DNA from: Psammoneis japonica | Taxonomy: Eukaryota | NCBI GenBank assembly: GCA_008632985.1 | Contig: QPGO01000024.1 | Location: forward strand, 248,001-312,000 | Reading direction: 5' to 3' | DNA: 64,000 nt | Shown: in pieces, positions 1 through 12,239 of the stretch | Position numbering within the stretch: the first letter of the stretch is position 1 | Layout: each line of letters starts with the position of its first letter | The notes under the pieces: model-generated | Told to the model about the DNA's origin: nothing | Seen by the model: only the letters and a program-made list of their open reading frames with translations | Databases searched by the model: none | Program-made: the position numbers and the translations under genes

Positions 1-3000
1 TGCCATCACTTTGCCATTGCTGCTTGGATGGGGCTTTTGTTCTTCTTTGCCCTTTGGCTGCTGGCTGCACACAACTTGATGAAAGCTTCTCCTGTCAACA
101 GAAGATTGAGCCAGTCCAAGCTTTTCATTTCACTCGTTTCAAGAGTGCATGTGTGAAGTCATTCATTTGACATTTTCTGAAATGGTGCACAACATGATCA
201 CTGCTCAAGGAATGTCATCCCACAAACACCTCTTCTCTCCTCCTCCCGTTTCTCGCATGGACATGCCCCAGTTAAGAATTTTTGCACCCAGACAAAGACA
301 CCATCAAGAACTCAAATTTTGAGCTGGTCTTTTCTCATTTCATGCACATCAGTGCCAGCATGTGCAAGAAGATCTTGGCAGAAAGAAGAGTTTCAGCAGA
401 GTGGAGCATTGCTTCCAGCCCAAGAGCAGCAGCAGCAATGTGGGCATCCAGCCTTTGGTGTGAAAGGTGGCTGCAAAAAGCAAAGGCACCTGGGCCCCAC
501 TTTTAGAAAGTGAAGCAGCACAAACTGCCCAAGATCAACACACCATGGGGGAAAACATGGGCACTGTGCAAAATGTTGAACCATTTGTGGCTTCAGCACA
601 AGCAACACAAATGATGGAAGAGTGCCAAGACACTGCCAGGACATGTCATGCTCCTGCAAATGAAGGCTTTGAGGCTCTTTTTCACAGTGCACATCTCTCA
701 GCAATGTTGAAAACAAGCCTCTGAAGCCAGCTGTCAGCTCTGACACTGTGGCAAGTTCCAAGGTCACAAAGAGCAAGAAAATTGGAGAATTGACTCCTGC
801 TGCAAAAAGAAAAATCTCTGTGCCATGCTCTGATTTGGGCACTGGCTTCACATCTTTCAGACTTGTGCCAGCGTCAATTTCATGTCATCATGATGCATGA
901 GATCATGGGCAGAGGCACAAATGCCAAGAAGCTTGCTTGGCACAGGAAGCACTTTGAACCCCCGGTGCCACATGATTTGCCACACTGCGTGATGACACAG
1001 CTTTGACTCCAGATGATCTGTGCAGTGTTGTTGCCAGAGCCACCGTTGGCATTGTTTGATGGGAACCAAACCCTTCTGTCATGTTCTTGCCTTGTGTTGG
1101 TTGGTGCAAGGACAGCAAGACAATTTGCCAGCAGCTTGACACCAGCCAAGAAGGAATGTCCACTCACTCCTCTGTTTGGTGTCAGCAACACTGCTCAATT
1201 GGCCACAACAACACACTGCAGGTGTGGCACATGTGACTGCACATGCAAGAGAAAGAATGATGGCAAGCTTCTGCAAAAGCTGCCAGCACCTCTCCATCAG
1301 AGTTGTCCTGTGGACATGCAGCACAAAAAAGTGCAAATTCTTCATTGTCTCAAATGATGCTGCCTGTGACTTGACACGTTGTTGGCCACACAATGAGGGA
1401 GCACAGAAACAGAGATGCATTTCTTCATTCTCACATCAACAACAAAGTGAGCCAGCTCTTGACACAAAAGGAGTGGCTCTGCTTGCAGAGCATTGATGCT
1501 GGCAGAAACAATGCCCAACAGATTTGCTGATGCTTGAAGAGTGGGCGGGTTGCCATTTGCCAACAGGGCACAATTTGAGGGACATTTGTGGTGCAGCTGC
1601 ATGTGCTCAGATCTCACTGAAAGTGCTGGCTGGAGTCAGCAACAAGGCCTGTGCCACACAAGAGAAATCCAATTGATTGGCTGCAACATTGGCTTTGCAC
1701 ATGACTGCGCATTTGACCAATTGAAAAGCTGCAAAGAGGACAATGGAGATGGGCTTTTTGCAGTGGCTGCAGAGTCTGGAGAGATTGTGTTCATGCCACA
1801 TTGGTGCAATCTCTTGCAGCCAAGGATCATGCCCATGCAGCAGAGCAAGTTGCAGGATGGCCAATTGATGTCCCAAAAGTCTGCTGCTCCAGCACATTGC
1901 CAAACAAGGAATCTTTTTAGGAAGAAAAATTTGCTCAAAACATCACATGCCACCTTGGTCATTGGCATTGGATGAACCTCATTGTCCACACATTGGAAGA
2001 AATGCATGCAGATTGCTGTCAGCTGTCATGGCATTTGTGATTTGAGGGGTTGCACAAGGTGCAAAAACAAATCTGATGAGTTCAGAGTGGCAGATGCATG
2101 TGCTGGTGTTTTGAAACTGGGATGTGAGAAGCACACTCAGGACAAAGTTTTGGACATCAAAAACAGCAAAAAAATGGAAGAACTGAGAGAAATGCTGTGC
2201 TCAAAAGTGGGCTTGCAGTCTTGAAACATGCAGTCAAAATGTGGAAGCATGGTGGATTGAGCACACATGGCCTTGATGAACCTCTCCCACATTGAGATCT
2301 GTGCAGAGCTGTCAAGCCTTCAAAGATTCCAGGCACAAAGTCAACTCACATGTGGCAACCACTGGAGTGGAGTCCAAGCTTGAGAAGTTCCACGATGTTA
2401 AAGCTTGCAAAGGACTTTGGCAGCTCAGGATGAAGAAGCTCCTTTGCTGATGCTTTGTGTCCAGCTGGAGCACGTGAGCACAATGCTGCAATTCAAGAGC
2501 ATTTGAGGATGGACAAGATGACTGCACCAGAGCATGCAAAGATTGTGCTCATGCCTTTCAAGGGACACTGACATCCTTTCTCAACCATGGCAGGCTCCAC
2601 TGCACAAACAGCTTGGCAAGAAAATCAGGGATCACCCACGCCATTCATTGCAATGTTGGGCAACTGCAAGAGGACAATGGGAGGCTTTTTTCTCCAAACA
2701 TCTGTGGCTGCTGGAGCACACTCAAGAGGAAATCAAAGCACAAGATGATGCACATGACATGTGTTGCTTGTCAAAGCAGTCTCACCGGTGCAAAACCTTT
2801 TCTTTCTGTCATTGTTGTGGCCAGAGGATGTGTGGAAAGAGAATTTCAGGCTGACATGACTGACGTTGTTGGGTGATGCACACCAGTTGTTTCTTTGGTT
2901 TGCCTTTGCATCCACACTCTGGACTTTCCAAAACTGTTTGAAAAGAGCTTTTGCACATCTCAAGAGCACCCAGTTGCAAAGGGTGTGTGGCTGCTTGGCT

Positions 3001-3689
3001 CTGAGCTTTGTGTGCAGAATGTCACAAAACTGAGCCGGCCATTGTTGTTGCCAACATTGTTGTTCTCGTCATTGTCCATGTTGCTGTCACAAGAAGATGG
3101 CAAACTTGTTCACTTCCAGTCTGAAACAAAGATGGTTGTTAAAAGAGGGCCAGCAGGGTGGGAGTGGCAAGCAGGTTTCCGGGTGGCTGACAAGTTGGTG
3201 TGGAGTGCATGGCATGCAACCAGTGCACATTGTGAAAAGTGTGCCCATCTCTGTCTCACTCAGCCCAGAAGGTTTTTCCCTGTTCAAAAACAAGTGCTGA
3301 AAGCCAAGGACACTTCTGTTTTTTGTGCAAAATGGGTGGTGTTTGGCAAGTTCTTAGCTGGTCAGTCTTGTGTGACAGAGAGGTCCTCTGCTGGTGGCCA
3401 ATGGCAATGGCAATGTGTTTGCTGCAAGCCACACAGCGAGTTTGGAGATGGCACGACCAAACACACAACAGTTGGCGAGCCATGAATCTCCAACAAAAGA
3501 GTGCCCCTGTGCTGCTGTTGGGATGTCAGGATGCAGGGCCAAGGAAGTTTTCACAGAACAGATGTCAGAGACACCAAAGAACAAACCAGAGGAGCCAGAA
3601 TGTCCATCGGGTGCAGCTGCACAAGAGAAGGACAAGGCTGTCTGGGGGGGGGGAGCAATGCAATCACCAAACAATGAAACAGGATGCAA

Positions 3690-4320
3690 TCTACAAGATG
3701 CAGAAGGTGAAGGTGTTTGGCACAATTGTGGGACAGTGTGTGAAGGCTGTCTGTCACAAGGTTGAAGGAGTGATGGAGTTTGAGAGGGCCACAAGAAAGA
3801 AGTGGGACATGGCGGTGCTGTTGGAAATTCTCAAGTCAATCTTGTTCAACACAAACAAGAAAATCTGCTTGCAAGCCCAGATGGTCCAGGCTTGGAAGCA
3901 GCTGGCACTCATTCATCAGGATGAAGGAGTGGCACTTCAAGATTGCTGGAGTTGGCTCCTTGTGAACACTGTTGAGATGGTGGCAGGGTCCTGCAGCAGA
4001 CTTGTCCCGGAAGAAATTGCCAAGCAAGGATGCTGATGATGCACAGAAAAAAGAAAAAGGAGCAAGTGCTGCCAATGGAGGGCACCAAGGAACATTGGCT
4101 CATCATCTTGAAAGAAAAGCACTGGCAGCTTGCACTGGAAATTGACAACTGTCCCAACTCAGCTGTGGAGGCACTGCAGGTGTTGGATGCATGTGGGTCT
4201 GACAAGAATTCTGAGGGCATGAGCTTTGCACAAAATGAGAAGAAGCAGATCCAGTGCTGGAAATCTGGAAATGCAACAAGGTTGGGCATGTGAAGAAGGG
4301 CTGTTCTTTGCTCAGTGACA
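3690..4320 (+). mobile_element. Degenerate Ty1/Copia (CoDi-like) gag remnant
   Basis: KVFGTIVGQCVKAVCHKVEG...WDMAVLLEILKSILF resembles the diatom Copia gag pattern (I.GQCS..M..KLE...D...LL..IK). A frameshifted zinc-knuckle-like segment follows (CWKSGN..RLGHVKKGC). Confidence 0.55.
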
Positions 4321-6974
4321 GTGATGATCATTTGTTGGTGGAGTCGGCTGAGGACATTCTCAGTTTTTTTTTTCTGCCAAATCGCCTTTGTTTTTGCTGC
4401 CCCGGCCCCACCACTGAGAATGGTGGGCACATGATGTGCAAAGTGGCAGCCATGCCAACTTGACAAGCATGACTCAGATTCAGTGCAAATTTGTTGTCAG
4501 TGCACTGTGGCCAGAAACTGCACAATTCACCTCACCATGGTGACTCAGCAGCTGCCAATTTCTCAATGGCATTGCTTGAAAGAGCCACAACAATCAACTG
4601 CACATTGCATCTTATGAACTCAAATCCAGGCAGCACAACTGACATGTGAGAGTGCATCTGGCTTGTTGTTGACTCATGCAGGTGAAAAGTGATGGGCAAA
4701 AAATTAAACATTTCAGCTGTTTTTGCTGCAATCAATTAATTTCAAAGCACACAGCAAGGCACACACATTGAAATTCAAATTGCAAGCTGTTGACACATGT
4801 GCCATTGTCATGATGAGTTTGTTGTTGTTGACAGAGTGTGTTGCACTCATGGTCGCCATTGCTCTTGGCACACATGAGGCCAGTCAATTGACAGCTTGTG
4901 CAAAGGAGTGTGTTGGAACGTTGGAGTGCAGTGCAGTTTCCACAGGATGGACAGACAATGTTGCAGTGAATGACATGCACTGACAAGATTGTTGATGATG
5001 TGGTGAATTTGTGCTTGCAACTCATGTTGAGTTGAGGGTCTTTTTTGCTCCCTTTTTGGCTTCTGTGCCTGATTGACACAGCAGCACCAGTGGCAACAGC
5101 AATGGAAATGTGTTTCCAACCCATGTGGCAAGTTTGGGGATCAAGGAGACTGAGCATGCACCTGTCGGCAAGCTGTGAAATTCCAACATGTGGCCAGTCA
5201 CAGAGCTCCTGCATCCAACAACTCCTCCGCATGGCTGGCAAAGACACCACCCCACCTCTGTGCATCACCACCCTCTGTTTTGTTTGGAGGGAGAGCTCTG
5301 TGGCCCAATTGTTGATCAAGACCTTTGATCAACAAGTGCTCCAGGGTCTCTGCAGCAATCATGACTGTTTTTCTCCCCCCAAGCTCTGAGTGATGGATTT
5401 CTCAAGAGAGCAGCAACAATGATGATGAGGTCCATTTTTGTGCATTGTGCCACAGCCCCTAACTTGTCAAATGTGAGTCACACCCTTCCCTGGGGTGGCT
5501 GCCATCAGGCCCCACACTGTTGCCACCAAAAGGGGCAATGAAAACACTGCTTTGGTTTGCCCACATCCAGCGCCATCATGGGCCATTGAAAACACACATC
5601 ATTTGGTGTGATTTTGGCAACAAAAAAGCCTGGGACAAGAAATTTGAGGAAGAGTTCAACCCTGGCTCCTTTGAAAGGGAAGCCACATGCCATGTCATGT
5701 CATGAAATGTGGCAGCAATGAATGTGGTCGTGCAGCTCTTGCTGGGGCAGAGCTGCTGACCAGTCTGCACAGCTTTTGTTGTTCATCAACTGACAAGTTG
5801 GCTTTTGTTTGAGCAGAAGCAGCAAGAGACAAAATGATTTGTTGCAGTTTTTTCAGGTGCAAGCAAATCATGTTGTGGATCTTTCCTGCCTGCCAGCTCC
5901 TCCACAGCAAGCCCACCCTTTTTTTTTGCTGAACGTCCATTTTTCCCCTGGCGGCAAGCCCAGTGGTTGTGCATGGACACAAACATGTCACATGTTGTGC
6001 CAACCATTCTTAAACCCGTTGCAGTCATGATGAAGGGGTGCAACTCGGGGTGTGATTTTGGGGTGTGCACGCGTCTCTGTGCCCCTCAAAAATTGCAGCC
6101 AACAATTGCCCCTCCTGGAACATTCCTGAACCTGCCATCTCAAGACCATTTTGTCAAAATTGTCAATGCCTGCATGTCATGTGCTTGCCATTGAGGTGGC
6201 ACAGGCACAAAAATGCACTGTGGCACTGGATGGACAGAAATCTTGAATGTTTCTGGGAATCAGGAATTTTGTCACCAAGGTTGTTGTTTTGAAAATGTTG
6301 TTGTGTGGACGTGTGAACACATTTGTTTTCCTGCAAAAAATGTCTCTCAAAAATCAACGCTGCTTTTGTTGCAATGCACTGATGTCTTTGCACTGCTGTG
6401 TGAACACCACGCCATTGCAGCAACACATCATTCTCATGACAAACTTTTCAAGTGGCACATGACATGTTTTTTACTTTCTGGATTTGGCAGCATGCAACGG
6501 AGACCCAACATGATGCACGTTGGAGGTCTGCATTGAACACCTTTGCCAAGACATCCATGGGAGATCCTTGCATGCATCCTCTGCATGGACTTCCCTCACA
6601 TTGCTTGTGGTGACGTGACCACCATTTTCATTGTTCGGCCATCCGGGCAGTCAATGGTGTCTCCCTGTTGACTTTCAATGGTCCCTTGGAACGTGTCCTC
6701 CAGCAAGTCAAAATGGCCACAATTGAAATTGTGCTTCTCACAAAAGTCAACTGGCTCACCCTCCTCATGCTCCTGTGGCTCCCCCTGTTTCTTTGCATGA
6801 ATTTCCTTGCAGCCTTCACAAGGGGCCCACGGCTCTGGGATGTCATCCACGATGCTCATTGTTGATTGCACAAGAGTGAGAGCATGTTGTGCACGGATTG
6901 GTTCCAGCTTCCAGCAGCTCAGCATTTTTCTAAGCTTTTTGCCACAACAGACAAACGAATTTGGATTCTGCTGA

Positions 6975-8030
6975 ATGCAAAATGGGGTGTTCTGTGAAAA
7001 ACTCCAGGATTCAAAATGGCAGTTCTTGTCAGACAAATCTGCACGCAAGCTGTGCACCAGTTGGAGAAGGGGGTGTGGGTGGAAACAAATTTGCAACAAG
7101 CAGCAATGCCAGCAGCAGAGTTGGCAGAGCAGGTGTTGTCAAATTTGCACCAACATCCAGTGCAGCAGATCATGTCTCGACGTGAGGTTGAAAACTCAAG
7201 GCTCTGCCTCATGGCAAGCCAGGCACAAGCAGAACAATGTTGCCAGCCATCTCCTTTGGAACTTGCCTGGAACAAGTGTTGCCAATGATGACAGCAGCAA
7301 CAGTTCTGACAACAACAATGGCAATGACAGCCACACACTGCAGTGGACTGAGGATGAATCTGCTGCCAACAAACGCCATCCTGAATCAGAAGACGAATCT
7401 GAAGAGGAAGAGGATGAGCTGAAAGATGACAGAGACTGTTGTGTGTCACTTCCATTGAAAGAACCAACTGAGATGATTGAAAAAAACATGGTTTGCAAAT
7501 GCTGCACAAGTCCTTTCTGTGTCACTGCCAATGAAGTTAGCTTGTCGTGTGCCATCTTGTGCAGATGTGACAAAGGACACGTCACAATGTTGGAGCCCAA
7601 GACTCTTCCCACTGGACACCAGAACAATGCTGTTGCACACACCATCAACATCAAGTCTGTGCTTGCGTGCCACTTGACCGGCTTGGGCAATTCAGACCTC
7701 CAAACAACATGTGGCATCTTGGGCCTGTGCTGTTTCTAAAGCCTTGGTCCACCATTGAGAAGAAGTTGCATCCAATCATGGAAGAAATTGCAAATGAGTG
7801 CATGGATCACAATCTGAAGAAAGAGTGGGAAGCCACCCATGCACAACGGCTCCCCGGATTGGCTGGTGGAATGGACACAGGATGGCAGGCACGTGGGTCC
7901 GGCAACTCATGCAGCTCCAACAGTGGCCATGCATTCACCACCGGCAGCCTGAGCAGCAAAATCATTGCAAAGAGCTTTCCACATGTTTTTGAAGATGTGT
8001 GATGAATCTAAACAGAAAGGTGCCAAAATC
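6975..8030 (+). mobile_element. Degenerate Mutator-like transposase
   Basis: CKCC...CRCDKGH, HTINIKSVLACHLTGLG and MDTGWQARGSGNSCSSNSGHAFTTGSLSSKII match the Mutator-like motif DMGWQKRSSG..Y.S.SGHAF.IG..S.KI. Broken by a frameshift/stop at ~7739. Confidence 0.7.
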
Positions 8031-8450
8031 ACAATGTTCGAGATTTGGCGAGCAATGCTGAATGAGGGGTGCATGGAAACTTGCAGTTTCTTCCCACAAA
8101 CAAGACAAGGGGAGTGTGAATGAGTGCTCCAAACACTTTGTCACAAGAAATGTTCAAGTTTCCATTGTCCGGGAGAGGGTTTCAGTCAGTGAGGTGACTT
8201 TGACAATTTGTGCAGAAAACACACTGAGTTCTACACAACAGAAAATTGGGCCCAAATTTGCACCCGTGCCACCTCAATTGTCACGCTTTGTTGCCAAAAC
8301 AATGTCACACATTTGAATGCTCACATGTCATTGTGGAAAATGCGCAACAAAGAAGACCATCTGGCAAGGCATTCTCATTGCTTAAATTGCAATGACTCAA
8401 GAATGGAGTTGCTCAAATGAAAGTCACAGTTGTCAAACAATGCTTGTGAC

Positions 8451-8712
8451 TCATGACAACTCACAACAACTCACGACAACTCACAACAGCTCACAACAGC
8501 TCACGACGACAAATTTCACTTGACACACTGCAACTCGCGACAATTCTTCAGACAGTGCACATGCACACCAACATGCATCACAACATGTCCAATCACACTT
8601 GGCATCTGAGCACTGTGTGTGCAAGTGCTCCCGACAACTCATGACATTTCTTGCTCAACTCCCAACAACTCACGACAACTCACGACAGCTCACAACAACT
8701 CACAACAGCTCC
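8451..8712 (+). repeat. Two clusters of a 10-bp tandem repeat (consensus ACAACTCACR)
   Basis: tcatgacaac tcacaacaac tcacgacaac tcacaacagc... at 8451-8510, and again at ~8655-8712. Confidence 0.8.
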
Positions 8713-11090
8713 AGACAAGTCAGGTCATTTGATGCAATGACTTGGCAACAAGCAGCTCTCGCCAAAACAATGATCGTTGCTTGTTTGACTTTAAGTGTGG
8801 GTTGAACAAATGGGCTGCATCTTAAAAAATTGTCAAACACTGGTCAGCAGACATTGCAATTTGTTGGGATTGCCAAAATGAGAATGCTGTCAATGTCACA
8901 TTTGCAGAAAAGAAAATGCACAAGGTGGCCGATTCGGGAATGTTCCTGAGGCATGTAATTTTTGCCTGCAATTTTTTGCAAGTGTCTGCAATTTTTCACA
9001 CAAAAACAGACTCATCATCGTCCATGATGGCAACAAACATCAGAATGTCAAACAACAATGGCAACCAACAATCAACAATGAACTTCAACCAGCAAGAGAT
9101 GCAAGAACTTGTTGATGGGGAGCCATCATGACATGGCAAAAAATGGCAAGATTGCCATCAACAGACAACAAAAAAATGAAGGCAAGTTCATGCCATTTCA
9201 GAAGAAAAACACATCACATGGTCACTGAAACTTTGGCTGTGGATGCAATTGCAACACACGATGTCAATCACACAATTGCAAAAGACCACACTTGTCAGAA
9301 CAATGATTTGACATGCGCGCAAGGTTGCAGCGGAGCCGCCAAACACCATGGTGTTTTGATGCTGTCAACAGAATGTTCAGCTGTGTGCACAAATGAGTTG
9401 ATTGAAATCAGAGATGCAGAGTTGTTCCTGCTTTGTTGTCAACAATTTTGAGGAACATGCACTCAATGCATGTGTCATCTCTGGCAGAATTGCAGACATC
9501 CAATTTCACACTCTTGCAGTCGTGAGAAAATCGGGTGTGATTTTGGGGTGCAAGTTGATGCAATGGGCATTTTTGCACCTCCAAATTGCACCCAAATTTC
9601 CACAACTGCAATGGGTCTCAGTGTCAGGCCCCCAGCAGAAAAAAATGGACGTTTGGCAGAAACAAAAAACTCAGCACAGCAAGACAACGTGCCAGGCTCA
9701 GCAATGCCCAGGGCTGGCAGTTGGTTGCCTCTTTCAATGTGTTGGCTCAATCAAGAGGTGGTGGTGAGAAGAATTTTGTGCCAAGCCATGTTTTAAAACA
9801 AAAGAGAAAGCAAACACAGCTGCAGCACAGGCACCTGTGCTGCACATGAAATGAAGGTGGTGCGGCAGATGAAATGAAAATTCAAGGGTGTCATCAAGCC
9901 CATCTGTGATCATCTGTGGTGCTGAACAAAGAGCTGCAAGATGTTGAAAGTGACCAAAAGCTTGTTTCACAGCATCACAAAGCTCTGCCTTCTTGGACAG
10001 CCAAAAAACTGTGATTGCCCCACAATGACAAATCAATCTCAGGGCAAAAATGTTGTCAAGATGCAGCAAAAGCTTTGAGCTGCAGCTCAGATTCTAAAAA
10101 CCTGACTGGAAAAAGCTGGTGTCCTCTGAGAAGTGCAGCAATTGTTCTGCAGGAAACTCAAGAAATTGAAGTGCAAGCTGTGCAGAAAAGCAGCAAGCTG
10201 AGCATGCCTGGAGCAGCTGCGTGTTCAGTGCAACAAGAGACTTGGGCAACTCTTTTGGAAAGAACAGCTGAAAACCAAAAACACTGCAACATGCAAAGGG
10301 GCTTGCTGCCAGTCTTGTTTCAAGGCACAAAGCAACATGCTGGCACATGAAGTGCAGCAAATGGCTTTGCTGCAACCAAGCACCAGCTGAAGTGTGCTGC
10401 TGGTGCCCTTGACAATTGGGTTTTTGCCCTGGCTTGCTCTGCAGTGGTGGTGGGCCAAGGCAACAATGGGTGTCATTTTTGGAAAACAAGAGCAGGGCAT
10501 AACATCAAAGGGGGTCTCAGTGATCTTTGCTTGCAAGATGAGTGCACTTGCCCCCCCCTTGGCAACAAACTTCAGCAACTCAACGCTCACAGTTGCCAGC
10601 GTTTCAGCTGGTGGGAGCCTTGGTGCCATGACAACAAAAGAAGCCTGCTGGGTGCCACCCAAGTGTCAAAAAGTGCTGTGTGGGGAATGTGCCTGCAGCA
10701 GCCCCAGCGGGCTGCAAGCAAGTGTGGTCCCTGAGATGCTTCTGTGCTCCAAGCCCATGCTCCAAAATGATCAAAAAGACTGGAGCATTTGCACTTTATC
10801 CCGAACGCTGGGGAGTGGCTCGTGTTGTGGCAGACAGACGCGCTCCAAGAGATGTTGCGCGTTCATGGTGCGCGCGGAACTCGGAACGCGAGGTACGGTC
10901 GTAGGTCTAGGTAGACGAGCGAGAGACGAGACGGAGTGAGATATGCAGACAATGATGGATGCGACGACGACGACGACTCGATCGGAGTATGCCAGCTCAC
11001 AACGAGTGCGAAACTGTGTGAGTGACCGAGTGAGTAGTCAGTCGAATTTTGCCACCAGCTTGCTCTTGAAGTTTTGGTTGTTCCACGCCA

Positions 11091-12152
11091 ATGCCAAAAA
11101 CAAAGTTGTCAGTGAATTCTTCCTCCCGATCAGCTACAGCTGTCGAGTTTTCTGGTTTTTTGTCTCGCCAAGAGCATGAGGCATCAGCGACGCGAAAATC
11201 GCAGAGACAAAGGCAGAGAAAAGGAGCAAGAAGGAAGAATTCTTCAAGCACTCGAACTGAGCCAACTACATTAAACGCAACAGGCGCAGAGGCGTTAGCT
11301 ACACGAAGATCTCAGGGACGAAAGCAGAGAAAAAGAACAAGAAGGAATTCTTCAAGCACTGGAACTGAGCCAGCTACATCAATCGGAACAGGCACTGCAT
11401 CTCCAACAGCGAGCTCCCTCCATTGGCATACACCACGACCACACGTCCCTCTTCAATGCGAAGAAAAGATGGTGGAGGTCGTCATTCGCTGGAAAGAAAC
11501 AGAACGCGGCATGATGAGGAGTCAGCCAACTTTTCGCCTAAAGGAAATCAAAAAGAAGTGCAGATCCACAGGCATGTATCTTTCTCAGGCGCTCTCGCTA
11601 CGACGACACCACCTGCAATTGAACAATCCAACGAGGCGCCTCCAGCAGCTCGGTTTGGGTGACTACGCAATGATTAAGGAGTCTGCGACTATTTTTGAAA
11701 GCGCAGTTGCAGAATACTTGGACGAGTGCGCTATTTCGTACCACGATGAGGCCGACCAAAAGAAGATATTTTACAAGAACCAAAAGGAAAACGACCTCAT
11801 GCCTCCGACACCCGATTTCTTACTAAAGGATGCTGTCGATTTGTTTGAAAATACTTCTGGGCGTGGGAGACACAGAATCAGGTGGATCGAAGCCAAGATG
11901 TTTTACGGGGCCTCGACCATTCCTCATGATAACAAGAGTGCTGTCGGGAGCATAATGAGAACGGCTCGCAAGTACGTGGAAGCCTATGGACCTGGAGCCA
12001 TGGTTTTTTCGTTTGGATGTGGTGACGTTCTGGCACGCCAGTTGCTCGACATTGGCGTCTGTGCTTTAGATGCAGAGCCTTTGGATCTTCGAGACATGGA
12101 GCGACATCAGAGAACTTGGTGTGCCAACAAGAATGGAGAAATTTTACCATAG
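11091..12152 (+). CDS. CDIN1/C15orf41-like (TPD family, PD-(D/E)XK nuclease) protein
   Basis: 353-aa ORF of normal composition. PTPDFLL...WIEAKMFYG...YVEAYGPGAMVFSFG matches the TPD family pattern. Confidence 0.75.
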   Translation: MPKTKLSVNSSSRSATAVEFSGFLSRQEHEASATRKSQRQRQRKGARRKNSSSTRTEPTTLNATGAEALATRRSQGRKQRKRTRRNSSSTGTEPATSIGTGTASPTASSLHWHTPRPHVPLQCEEKMVEVVIRWKETERGMMRSQPTFRLKEIKKKCRSTGMYLSQALSLRRHHLQLNNPTRRLQQLGLGDYAMIKESATIFESAVAEYLDECAISYHDEADQKKIFYKNQKENDLMPPTPDFLLKDAVDLFENTSGRGRHRIRWIEAKMFYGASTIPHDNKSAVGSIMRTARKYVEAYGPGAMVFSFGCGDVLARQLLDIGVCALDAEPLDLRDMERHQRTWCANKNGEILP

Positions 12153-12239
12153 ACGGGAAACTGGACAGAATACTGTGTCAACATGTGCGCATCATCACAC
12201 TTGGAACAAGAATAGCAGTTTCTACTCTAATTGCATCAA

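Larger units (their letters stand above)
1..10790. repeat. TpA- and CpG-depleted block of nested, degenerate transposon remnants
   Basis: Hand count of bases 1-300 gives 1 TA and 3 CG. ORFs in all frames are almost Tyr-free and Cys/His-rich. Composition switches to normal at ~10790. Confidence 0.85.

Noticed and set aside
8451..8712. CRISPR-like or telomeric array
   Set aside because: There are no unique spacers, the context is eukaryotic, and the unit does not match a TTAGGG-type repeat.
282..10939. Dozens of 60-265 aa ORFs as novel Cys/His-rich proteins
   Set aside because: They overlap in all frames, lack Tyr and arise from loss of TAA/TAG in TE relics.
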